Shown piece by piece: positions 38,251 to 50,912 of a stretch of DNA of 64,000 nt; position 1 is the first letter of the stretch, and each line of letters starts with the position of its first letter. Source of the stretch: Eledone cirrhosa (Eukaryota); NCBI GenBank assembly GCA_964016885.1, contig OZ024757.1, positions 30,380,001 to 30,444,000 of the forward strand, given 5' to 3'. The position numbers and the translations under genes are program-made. Under the pieces are notes generated by a model, which had not been told where the DNA came from, did not search any database, and saw nothing but the letters and a program-made list of their open reading frames with translations.

Positions 38251-38878
38251 GTAAGTGCACACATATATATGTATGTATATGAATTTGTTTTGCAAGGTTT
38301 TTGATATGAAATCGTGTGTTTAAACAAATATCGTTATATTTGGGGAGGGTCATGTTGTTATAAACCAAACAGTGAAGCTTAAACTTGACCGCCGGACATT
38401 AGATCCTTATATATATATATATATATATATATATTCTTTCTTCCCCTTTACCTATTCTTAAACTTTTCAAAATTCTTTACATTGATTTATATTAAACTAA
38501 TGATGTGTTTGATGAATCTGTAGAACACAGATGAACCTCCAGAGCAACAAGCTACTAGACGAGCCTTTAATCAATTTTATATATTATATAAATCCTCTTT
38601 AACTTCATTAGAGACTGGGAAATCAGTATTCTGTAACTTATCTACATTTTTGGGGAATAGAAACATGTGTTTCTCTAAATTTCTGTAGAATCTCATAAGA
38701 AAGAGTAATCTACAGCTATCATTAAAATTCCCCCAGTCACATTATTTATGGTAGATTGTCAAATAAACGGAAACGTTTACACACACTCATACGCATATAT
38801 ATATATATGTGAGTCCTGGATTCAATCGAGGGTAACCACAGTAAGGTACTCAATACATTAGTAGAGTATATACAAAAT

Positions 38879-38963
38879 TTAATATAGAAATGGCTTCTCA
38901 AGACTAGAACTGTTTCCTTCGAATGAAACAGTTCTAGTCCTGTATAAGCCATTTCTATATTAA
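38879..38963. repeat. Palindrome of about 85 bp made from the 3' half of the hammerhead family seen at 42393
   Basis: gactagaactgtttc / gaaacagttctagtc; shares GAATGAAACAGTTCTAGTCCTGTA with 42415-42438. Confidence 0.9.
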
Positions 38964-39765
38964 CCTTTTAAAATATATATACAATCAACAGTTCTCACAC
39001 AGCATAATGCATAACAATGGTATATGTACGTATGTTTATGTATAACAGACATGTGTATGTCTCACTATGAATGTTCGTTATACACACCTAATATATGTAT
39101 GTGTGTGTATATATATGTTTGTGTGAATATATATATTTGTGTGTGTGTGTGTGTATAAAGGTTTTGTTAATGTGAGATTGTAGATTTACAGGTGTTAAAA
39201 ATAACAACAGCATGATTCCATGCATGTTGTATTTATGAAATGATATGTATCACGGTTGGCTGGTACTCGTGTTTCGCCAAGCCTCTGGCTAATTCATCCA
39301 TATATATATATATGTGTGTGTGTATCAGATAGGATGTAGTAAAAAACCAGGTGGACCATAACCCACCAGAGTACTCGATACTTGGGGTAGTAGAGTGGGT
39401 AATATGAAATTCAGGACCCCGACGGCCGGAGCTCAGCCGTCGGGGTCCTGAATCTTTTCATATATATATATATATACATACATATATAATGTATATGTGT
39501 TTGTGTGTGTGAATATATGTGTATGGAAGTGATCTCATACCCCGCACCCATTTTTATTTCGTACTAAATATCACCAAAACTACTAGTCATTGAATATTCC
39601 GAATTATATTTATGTGATAGCACGACCCGCTAGTAATAGCAGTCAAAGATATATACTGTAAGAATGAAAGACGGGATTGTCACGTCTGGAATACTTATGC
39701 AACTTCGAGGCAACCTGTAACTCATCAACCATTATACATTCGGTTTAAGGAACAAGTCCCTACAC

Positions 39766-39899
39766 CAGGGGTTCCTAACCTTTTTACTTACCGAGGACCC
39801 CGTTTATTTAAACGAATTCTCCCCCCCCCCCCATGAATCCTGGATTTTGAGAGGTCTGAGTCCCAGGGGTCAGTAGACCACAGACGTAGGGAACTGCTG
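39766..39899. mobile_element. hAT (Charlie-like) MITE
   Basis: CAGGGGTTCCTAAC / GTAGGGAACTGCTG ends. Confidence 0.6.
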
Positions 39900-40009
39900 T
39901 TTTACGTGGCCCATTGGCCTGTTCTGCTAGAAATAGAAACCAAGCCTTGCTTATATCACGCCATACAGATAATATATTTTGATGAATAGTCCAAATTACA
40001 GTATGTATG

Positions 40010-40040
<31 letters not shown>

Positions 40041-40974
40041 CTTCTGGAACACCATTATTGATAGACCTGCTCGGACTGGGGGGGTTAAAAAACAACAGCA
40101 ACAATATTTAGTTCTTTGGAGGGGGTCTTTTTTATTTTTGGCTTCTGATGGGACATTTAGCAGTACAAACGAAAGTTTTGATACTAAGAAATACTGTGTA
40201 AAGTGAAATTGGTAGTTTTTGTGTGTGGTTTGAATGGCTAAAATGACTCTTGCTATATAATAGTTTCAGTTTTCACCACACATGATTGTCTCAGATCAAA
40301 TTAAATCAGTTGCTCGACAAGTACTACTAAATTTCTCACATTCTTTACTTCTTGCTTTCACTCTATCTTTTTTTTTGGAAGGCCGGGGGGCGGGGGGGTC
40401 CCCTGCAATAAAAACTTTCTTCCCCCAATACTGCAGTATATGTATGACTCACGTCTCGTGACCATCTCCTATTCTCTCTTACCTTCGACACTTATCAACT
40501 TATCGTTTTCTGCACCTTGAAAAAGCAAGAAACTACCTGTAATAGTGAAGTGGTTGAATTCGTGGACTTTAACTCCCCATGGAGTCCTAAAGGCGTCGTC
40601 GTGACGTACGTACGGCATGTCTTGGGGATTTAAAACCTGCTAGAGCCCATCCCTTGTGCAGGTCTGAATCTGTCGATTTCTTCTAGAGAAAGAGAGAGGA
40701 AGCGAGAAAGAGATAGAGAGGGATAATCGATCTCAATACTAGACTGGTAGGTTTTTTTTTTAATCCACTTGGAAAGGATGAAAGGCAAAATTGAACTCAG
40801 AACGCAGAGAAAACGAATACTGCAAAGTATTCTATTTGACGTTCTAACAACTCCGTCAGTTCTCCGCCTCTCCAGAAATGGCAGCACGTCAGACAAAATG
40901 CTTTGTGGTATTTATTCTGGTTCTTTAAATTCCGAGTTATATCTTTCATCCTTCTGGGGTCGATATGAAATACC

Positions 40975-41410
40975 AGTCCAGTAATGCAGAGCTACCATTG
41001 CTCCCTCTTACATAGTTTGTACCTAGTAATATAGAAGCATCATAGCTACCTATTACATAGACTGTACCTAATAATTGTTTCTACTTTTGGCACAAGGCCA
41101 GCAATTACCCAGTGCATTACTGGTACTTTATTTTATCGACCCTGTAATACAGAGCTATAATACCTCTTGCAAAGTCTGTACCTAGTAATACCATAGCTCC
41201 CTCTTACATAGTCTGTACCATGTAATACAGGGTTACAATAGCTCCTGCTTATATAGTCTGTACCTAGTAATACAGGGCTACCATAGCCCCCTTTTACACA
41301 GTCTGTACCTAATAAAACTGGGCTACCATATTCCCTCTTACACAGTCTGTGCCTAGTAAAACTGGGTTATTATAGCTCCCTCTTACATAGTCTGTACTGA
41401 GTAGTATAGA
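40975..41410 (+). repeat. Diverged minisatellite of about 46 bp in IST1 intron 1
   Basis: gtctgtacctagtaatacagggctaccatagctccctcttacata units, interrupted by a SINE fragment. Confidence 0.8.
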
Positions 41411-42392
41411 GTTATATACTTTTCAGTAATTCCTCCAACTGTTGTTTAACCCTAGGTCATGCTTCATTGAGTCAACCTAGAATCAAACACATTGCAGCTA
41501 TGGCCATCCCATTTAGAGTTACTTTGGTCAGTGTGTCCATTGAGGGAATTTAGCTGCTATTTTAGCAGGTTGAAAGACCACAGAGGCTCATTCATAGATA
41601 AAATTGTAAGTAGAATCCCTGCCTTCCCCCTCAGTTCACTCCCACCACACACACACATTCACTTACACATTTCAGTTCTTAGGACTTGATCCTGTTTGGC
41701 AGGTTGGTATCAAAGGATTGTATGCCTCACCCAATATTTCTTCGTTGTTCTGAGTTCAAATGCTACCAAGGTTATCTTTGCATTTCACCATTTCACAGTT
41801 GATGAAATAAAACGCCTGTCCTAATGCTGTGAATTCGCAGAATTGTTAGAGTCAGACAAAATGCTTTATGGTATCTGATCTGGCTCTGTGCATTCTGAGT
41901 TCAAATCATACCTCCTTCTCCCAGGAGTTGCGACCAGCAGATATGATTGTATCTGCAATTGGAAGATCAATGGAAACATAATTTCCTTGGTTCAATCCAA
42001 TGATCAACTCTTATCTTTTTTTTTCTGTTTTTCTTCTCTCTCTAGTAATAGAAAACTGTGTGGCGAGTGTTGGTAATTGGTGATGGGGTCAGTGGGGGTG
42101 GTAGTGGTGGTGGGGGTCAGATCAGCCATCAATATATCTCCCACCCACACACTAAATAAATATAATAAAACAAACATATCTTTGTACTAAAGTCATGAGG
42201 AATCATAATAGATTTAATGTTTATTTCTCTTCAGTTTATGTGGAGGATTTTGTAATAATATAGGTTATTGAAATATGTGGTGGTTGTAGGGGAAGACAGC
42301 CATTGTTGAAAGTACATTTATATAGTATCATGTATTTTCTAAAAGCTTATATATATATATATATATATAGTACGTTATTCCGGGTTGAATCG

Positions 42393-42445
42393 GAGGTTCC
42401 TGATGATTTCTAAAGAATGAAACAGTTCTAGTCCTGTAGAATCTC
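42393..42445 (+). ncRNA. Type I hammerhead ribozyme motif (Penelope-like terminus) in IST1 intron 1
   Basis: GAGGUUC-CUGAUGA-UUUC(UAAA)GAAU-GAA-ACAG(loop)CUGU-A-GAAUCUC: 7-bp stem I, intact core, 4-bp stem III, GUA site; U.U mismatch at base of stem II. Confidence 0.75.
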
Positions 42446-42456
42446 ATCTATATTAA

Positions 42457-42540
<84 letters not shown>

Positions 42541-43687
42541 GTACATACACAAATATATATATATATATATATATAGATGATATATATATATGATGATGAT
42601 ATATATATACACATACATACATACACAATATATATATATATATACACAATATATATGTATATATATATACATGCGCACATGCACTATATATATACACACA
42701 CACACTATATATATATACACACACTATATATATATATTTAATGAGAATGTAGATTATTTTAGTAATGAACAACAATAGCGAAAATAACTGGGGTGAGTTA
42801 TGTGCAGGTTATAGAGAACAGGCTCCACAACTTGCCCTCCTCCCCTAAATAAAAAGAAGGAAAACAACCAAAACAAATTCTAAGAAAAATATCAATATAA
42901 GGTCTCTCTTCCATCATCTAACTACATGTTAACTCACTATTTATATCAATATTCAATATGTTATGTAAATAGATTTTCACAGTGTTTCTATAGACTCATA
43001 ACTATTAATTATAAATACATTTTATAGCTTTACAACCCCAATTTTTTTTTTTTTCGTTTTCATTTATAGCTAATTTTTTTGCTGAAGCTAATCATAGATT
43101 TGTAGCTCAAGCTAACTATAATATTTAGCTCAAAATAATCGTAATACCTTAGCTCAAAATAATTGTAATACTTTAGCTCAAGCTAACTGTAATATTTAGC
43201 TCAAAATAATCGTAATACTTTAGCTCAAGCGAATCATAATTTTTAAACTGAAAATAATTGTAATTTTTTGGCTTAAGTGAATCATAATTTTGAGTTCATA
43301 ATTTTTCAGGCACACTGTATCCAGGACTGCTTAGCAGAAGACTATATTATGATGTGTAGTGAGGAATTATATAGGGTGCAGTGTGACAGTATGGATATAT
43401 ATTGCATTCTTTCCACTGTCTAGTCTATTTCTGTACTTGCATTGTTTGTGTGTAAATCTGATGCCTTGTTTGATGGACGGCAAATCAAAACATTCGGATG
43501 GTGTTGGTAATATGTGTAGCAGTAGGTGCACTGGTGTTAGTGTCAATCTTGCACCAGGTGCACTGATATTAATAACATGTATAGCACTAAGTGCACTGGT
43601 GTTGGTAAACAATTATAGCACTAGATGTAGCTGGGAGTTCAAAGTGACATCTGGTGCAGAAGGGTGGGGGAATTTCATGAGAGATGA

Positions 43688-44230
43688 TCATTAAAACACT
43701 TGAGAAGCTTCCTATGAGATGTAACTTCCTTGTAGGCCAGCTAAACCTTTATAGATGTAAGCTGTAACAACTCTGGGACCTCTGTCATTAAAACACCAGA
43801 GAAGTCTCCCATGAGATGCAATCTCCTCATAGGCCCACTTAACCTACATTGGTGTGAGCTGTAACAACACTGGGCCCTGTCATTAAAACACAAGAAAAAC
43901 CTATGTGATGCAATCTTGTAGGCCAGCTAAACTGACATAGGTGTAATCTGTAACAACTCTGGAACCTCTATCATTAAAACACCAGTGAAATTTCCTACGA
44001 GTTGCAATCTCCACATAGGCCTGTATAGGTGTGAGCTGTAACAACACTGGGCCTTCTATCATTAAAACACCAGAGAAATCTATGAGATACACTCTCCATG
44101 TAGGCCTGCTATACCTATATAGGTGTCAGCTGTAACAACAGCACTGGGGCTTCTATATTTAAAACTCCAAAGAAACTGTGTGATGCAGCATCGTGATAGA
44201 CCAATTAAACTTGCATTGGTATGAAATGTA
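43688..44230 (+). repeat. Diverged tandem repeat of about 95 bp, 5-6 copies
   Basis: tcattaaaacac...gagatgcaa...taggcc...gctgtaacaac recurs every 88-98 bp. Confidence 0.8.
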
Positions 44231-46885
44231 AATTTCATTTGCATTTTTTTTCATTTCATTTCATGCTACCAGATAGCTACACCTAAATTATATATCAAAC
44301 TGTAAGGTTACAACAGTTTGATTTTATTTAACCAGCAAGTAACTACACCTTAATTATATATATATATTGAAACTCCCTATGAAATGCAACTTCGTGGCAG
44401 GCCAGCTAAACCTATATAAGTGCAAGCTTTACCACCACCACCACCATCAACAACAACAACATTTCTTTAAATGACATAACCTAGGTAGCAGCACACGTTA
44501 TGTGATATGTCATGCTGTCTGTTGGGTTATAGTTTGTCATTTCTTTAAATGACACTAACTTGACAGCAGTAAATATGATGTATCAGGACAAACTGGTTCA
44601 TCATATGACTCCAGGGCTGGATTAACCACTAAGAGAAATAAACACAACCTTAAGGTATCAAGGGAAGAAGTGTACAGTTTTATTCAAATTATATATATAT
44701 ATATATATATTTATCACACCCCTCTCCTCATTTTTGTTGTTGTTGTTGCAAACTTTACATATGTCAGACAGGTGGCAAATTGGCAGAGGTGTATAGAATA
44801 CTTTATGGTATTTATTCCATGTCTGTGTGCTCTGAGTTCAAATCCAGCTGAGGTTAACTTTGTCTTTTATCCTTTGAAGGTTAAAAGAAAAGAAAGTATC
44901 AGTCTAGTATTTTGTCTGGACAGTCTAATGATTCTACCAATCCACTGCTCTCACAAACTTCATTATGGACAAGGAAACAAGCAGTGTATTTTATATGTAA
45001 TAGGGTCAGAAAAGTGTTAAAAATATGTATATCGTATCATAACCCTTTAGCATTTATATTACTCTATATTTTCACAGTAAAGGCTTTACCTCACATAATT
45101 ATCTCACATAATATTGAATCTATTAGATTTTGATATTATCTATTTTGAGATTGGGCGGTGGATTGGCAATTATCGGTAGAGGGTCGAACGCCATGCTTTG
45201 CAGCATAGAATTATGGCTCTTTATGGTCTGAGTTCAAATGCTGCGGAGGTTAACTTCACTTTTCATCCTTATGGGGTCGATAAATAAAGTACCAGTAATG
45301 CACTGGAATAATTGCTGGCCTTGTGCCAAAGTAGAAACAATTATTTATTTTGAGAACAATACCTTAACATCAGTATGAGCGGCCGGTTATGACCAGTTTG
45401 AACAGAAAGAGGTGAGAGAATTCTGGCCGGAGACGACCAGTTTAAATACTAAAAGGTTAAATGCAATATTGGGCAGATAAGCACATTAGCATGTTTTATT
45501 AATAACTGTTATTATCTGGATTACATATAATGAGATAAGTAATCATTTACTATCACCATTAATATTGTCATCACTATTTTAAGTCTAAAAAGACCCATTC
45601 TATCTGAGGTTGTAATGATTGTCATTTCACCACCTTTTAGATAAATATAAGTATTCTACTTGTAAAACAGTTTCTTTTAGATATATATAAACCTTTTAAA
45701 ATGACAAACATTATATCATAGAACCAGAGGTTCTCCCACACTGAGCTTAAGTGGATTGGTATTAAATAATTAAGCTGGTGATTGGAATATAATTTAAAGT
45801 TTCTTATATATGCTGGAAGGTTGTTAGATAAATATAAACAGTTTAAACCGGCCATATCCGGCCAGAATTCTCTCACCTCTTTCTGTTCAAATTGGCTGTA
45901 ACTTGTTACGCATACTGATGTTAAGGTATTGTTCTCAAAATAAATATCAACATCTCATAGATTCGATATTATGTGAGATAAAGTCTTTACTGTGAAAATA
46001 CAATAGTAAAAATAGAGTAATGTAAATGCTAAAGGGTTAAGCTGGTGATTGGAACATAATTTAAAGTTTCTTATATATATAAAATTATGCTGCAAGGTTT
46101 TAGATAAATATAAAGTTTAAAACAAACATTTTTTTTATCATAGAACCAGAGAAAGTTTGATATCAAAAGGGTTAAATTGAATATCAGGGTAAGGTGTATG
46201 GCTTAGTGGTTAGAGCATTAGACTTGCAATTGATAGGTTGTGAGTTTGATTCTCGGACCAGTTGAAGCATTGTATCCTTGAGCAAAACACTTTATTTCAC
46301 GTTGCTCCAGTTTACTCAGCTGTAGAAATGAGTAGCAACGTCACTGGTGCCAAGCTGTATTGGCTTTGCCTTTCCCTTGGACAACATCAGTGGCACGGAG
46401 AGGGGAGGCTGGTATGCACGGGCGAATGCTGGGCGGACTTGTGCCTCAGAGGGAAACTTTCTAGGTGCAAATCCCATGGTCATTTGTGACCGAAGGGAGT
46501 CTTTTACCTAAATTGAATATCAGCACTTCAACTCATTACTCTGCCTCATCCCAGTATGAGGTAGTGTAACCATGACAGTATAAGCTAGTGTAATAAATGC
46601 CTTATTGGAATGTAACTCAGAGTTGGTCATATTAATCTTGACTTCCTTTCAAAGTTCACATCAGTGGTTTTTAGGTCAGAGTGAAACTGGTATTATTAAA
46701 TTAGTGTTATCATGAATTTAAGTGTCATTTACCATTTACACTTTAGCATTTAAACCTTTCTTTGCCTTTCACTCTTACGGTATTAATCAAATAAAGCACC
46801 AGTAATGCACTGGGGTCGATTTAATCGACTTTCCCCTCTCCTGAAATTGCTGGCCTTGTGCCTAAATCAAAAACCATTATTATTA

Positions 46886-47457
46886 TCTATATTATTATCT
46901 AAAACTGAGGATGTCTATCTGTGTGTGTGTGAGTTTGAATCCCTAAAACTAGAGAAGCACCCAACCGACTGTTTTCAAACTTTACACATGTAATACTTAT
47001 GTGCCAGGGAGTGTTCTGAGCCCAAAAAATTTCAAATTTTTAATACCCTAGGGACCGCATCAGGCGATTTAGCGATCTCTCTCTATAATTCTTAGTCTTC
47101 CTCTTTTTAGATAGATACATACATATAACGTTGCGCCATTATAATATCTGTCTGTATGCCTGGCTGTCTGCATTACGTCCAAAACGCGCCCTTATAATAT
47201 CTGTCTGTATGTCTGGCTGTCTGCTGCCTCCGGTTATTCTGCCACCCTTGCTCAAGACAAATCTCACACTCATTCCCCAAACAGTTGGTAAGTGCACACA
47301 ACTTCTTCCTCACGTTTTAAGCCACTGTGTTGCTTACTTACGTACCACCAGACCCTTACTTCTTTGCCAGCCATGGTTGTGGCAATACTAAGCTTAGCTA
47401 AAGCGGTTATATATTTCACAATACCTTATCCCGTGCAACGCCGGGTACCACTGCTAG
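46886..47457 (+). mobile_element. Non-autonomous Helitron-like element (possibly two nested)
   Basis: A|TCTATATT start; cccg(tgcaacgc)cggg hairpin then CTAG|T. Confidence 0.7.
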
Positions 47458-49179
47458 TTATTAATATGAGGGCTGTGACTTGGCAGAACCACTAAGGTGT
47501 CAGACAAAATGCCTTGTGACATTCGTTTTGGCTCTTTATGTTCTGAGTCCAAATCTCACTGAGATCAACTTTACCTTTCATCCTTCCAAGGTCAATAAAA
47601 TAAAGTACCAGTCAACAACTGGGATCACCCCACTAAATTGCTGGCCTTGTGCCAAAATTATGAATCATTGTTGCTGGAGGATATTGACCTCTGGTTAATG
47701 TGCCATATATGTACTGCTTGTGTGTGTGTGTGTGTATGTGCCTTGTATTTTGTATGGTGTGTTTGTATGCCATGTATGTTTGTACTGCCTGTGTGTGTGT
47801 GTAGGCGTGCATGCATTATGTATGTATAGCCTGTGTGTATGCGTGCACTATATATGTATAGTCTGTGTGTGTGTGCATGTGGGAACTATGTATGTATAGC
47901 CTGTGTGTGTGTGTGTGTGTGCATATGTGCACTATGTATGTATGTATAGCCTGTGAGTGTGTGTCTGTGTGCATGTGTGCATAGCCTGTGTGTGTTGTCT
48001 CCCTCTACTGATATTTCTGCTTCAGTGAACTTTTATCTGAATGATTCTGTTGATTAATTCACTGCAGGGATCCTCATTGGTGCCATTGTGTGTGTGTGTG
48101 GGGGGGGGGGGGTAACAGTGTATGTGTGTGTGTGTGTGGTTGTGATAAGTGTGTGAGGACTAGTGATGGTGGTTGTACATGTGTAAGGGGAGTAGTGCTA
48201 GTGGTAATGTGTTTGATTAGGGGTGTGCACGTGCGTGGGGGACTGGTGACGGTGGTAGTATATGAGTTGGAGGTGGTGTGCGTGTGTGTGTCGTGGCATG
48301 GTGTATGGTGGTGATGATGATGTTTGTGGTGGTGATGGTGGTAGTGTGTGTCTGTGTGAAGGGTAATGATGACAGTATGTATGTGTATATGTGGTGGTAG
48401 TATATGGATTTAGGGTGGTCAATGTGTGTATGTGGTGGTGTGTGTGGGGGTGGTAGTGTGTAGAGATGATTTAAAACAGTTAATTACCCAGTATTGTGAG
48501 ATGCCTGAAGATTTTGAAATAGGGTTGTGTATTATTTTGGATAAATAACTAATAAAGTGTGTGAAATATATATTTTTATGTTGAGGTTATGTATGTATGT
48601 TTGTGTTTGTGTGTATAGATGTGTGCGTATATGTATGTGCTTGTGTGTATGTATGTGTGTTTGCATGTATGTTTGTTTGTGTATATGTGTGTGTATTTGT
48701 TTACATGCATGTATATGTGTGTGTTTGTGTGTATGTATGCATGTGTGTTTGTATGTTTGCGTGCATATATATATGTTTGTATGTACGTATGCATGTGTGT
48801 TTGCATATGTTTGAGTGTATGTGTGTGTATTTGTTTACATGCATGTATATGTATGTATGTGTTTGTGTGTATGTATGCATGTATATATGTATAAGTGTAG
48901 GCGTTTACATGTATGTATGTATGTATGTGTGTGTGAGCGTTATGATGTTGATGCTGATAGTGTTTAGCTGTCTGAAATTCAGTGATAATTACAGAGAGAA
49001 AGAAAACCTACAGAAGAACTATTGTGAAGAAATTACCAAATATGAATGGTACAAAGTCTATGTAATTGTTAAATTGGTGTTTGAAACATAACTTAATCTT
49101 TTCCTTACCATATTTATAATGAAAGGCACTGCCATTGATTTTCTGATAAATTCAAAAATAATGAAGAATTTAGTAATAA

Positions 49180-49545
49180 TAATGAAAATATTGTGTACAG
49201 TGCTCAGGTGCACTACAACTCATGAAAAGTGTATGTATAGTATATAGGGTAATGTACAAATATATGTACATGATATACACGTGTGCGTGTGTATGGAAGG
49301 GGGACATCAGGTGTAGTTTTGGCGAATTTCGGGAAGCATGGAGGTTTTAAAGGATGCAGTGTCTTGACAGCTAACAACTGATGCAGGTAGTTTCTCCCAT
49401 GCTTCAGTAATTCTGAGCATGAAAAAATGTTTCCAAAAGTCATGGTAGTTGTGCTGTTTTCTGACTTTGTAGGCATGACCATGGGTTTTCGACACATGGA
49501 ATTCAAAAAGGTGCTCGGGGTTGTGGTTGGCAAGATGGAGAGAAG
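49180..49545 (-). mobile_element. CR1-like LINE 3' fragment, same family as 32120-32490
   Basis: Same motif and same 3' UTR with (ATT)n tail. Confidence 0.85.
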
Positions 49546-50508
49546 GGGGGGGGGCACACACACAGAAATAATGATTAGCCCTTAGTTTCTGGTCTAACTT
49601 GTTTTTGTTTTGAGTTATTTGTTGAATTCAATTTAGAATTTAATATAAAAACTTCCAATAATCTATTTCTGGAGAAGCCAAACATTTTGATTTTTTTTTC
49701 TCCTGGTAAATTTAATTACAAATGTTGTCGGCTACACACACATATCTTATACATACACACAGAGAGACAGAGAGAGAGAGAGAAACAGACAGAGAAAGGA
49801 GAGAGAGACGGAGAGAGACAAACAGACAGGGAGAGTAGAGGATATATAGAGGGGAGAGAGACAGGCACAGACAGAGTTTATATGGAAACACGAAAATTCC
49901 AGAGAATGTGTGAAAAAACAATTTGTTCTGCTAATGGATTGGCATTTTACATTTGTTTGATATAAATAAATAAAGACCAGCCATGGAAGCTGTTAGGATA
50001 GGTTCTTAATACATGCATCAGTTGAAATAGTATTGTCTGATTAGCTGCCAAAATTGGAAATTTGCCTTGTTTTTATTAATTTCTACCACCATCATCATTT
50101 TTTAACGTCCATCTTCCACGCTAGCATGGGTTAGACGGGTTTGTCCCATTTAGAGGCAAGTTGGGTTGGGTGACCGTGTCTCGCTCATATAGGGCTGTTT
50201 CTGGCTAGTTTTCTACGGCTGGATGCTCTTCCTAGCGCCAATGACATTTACAGTGTATGCTTTTTGCTGTGTCTTTTACGCAACCACTTTACAGTGTCGG
50301 CTGGGTGCTTTTTGTTGTGACACCTACATGACCACTTTACAGTGTGGGTTGGATGTTGTGTGGTACCAACATAACATACACATATATATCATGATAATCA
50401 TATATATATATTTGTGTGTATATACAAATATCATCATCAGCCATTTTGAAAACAATAGTTCTGTCAGTTGGTTGATAAAGGTTCCAGCATATGGCATAGT
50501 GGTTAGAT

Positions 50509-50912
50509 CAGTGATTCCTAATGTGGGGCGCACACCCCACGGGGGAACAATTTGAATATTTAAGAAGGCCATTTGAAAAGGATGTTAGTGAGAACAAACT
50601 TAAGGTTTTACTTTATTACTTTTACACCAAGGTAACTTTGGTGCACATTACTGTCAGAAACTTTTGTCTCACCTCCTCTTCCACATGTTATTGTGTATCT
50701 GGCGCCACCTATATCAAGGCAACTTTGGTACACATTGCTGTCAGAAACCCCTGTTTCACCTCCTCCATATGTTATTGTGCATTTGGTACCACTTATACAC
50801 CAATTTGTTTACACTTTGCAGTTGATCATTGCTGTTTTCATGTCAAAGGGGGAGATAACAATTTTTTAGATGTTGAGGCGGAGCATGGTGTACAAAAGGT
50901 TGGGAACCACTG
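50509..50912. mobile_element. hAT MITE inserted in the tRNA head of a SINE
   Basis: CAGTGATTCCTAA / TTGGGAACCACTG; TSD ggttagat / gtttagag; SINE A box on the left, B box and core on the right. Confidence 0.7.

Noticed and set aside
43359-43694. 111-aa ORF nested in IST1 intron 1
   Set aside because: Non-ATG start, no recognisable motif, internal short repeats, no convincing splice sites
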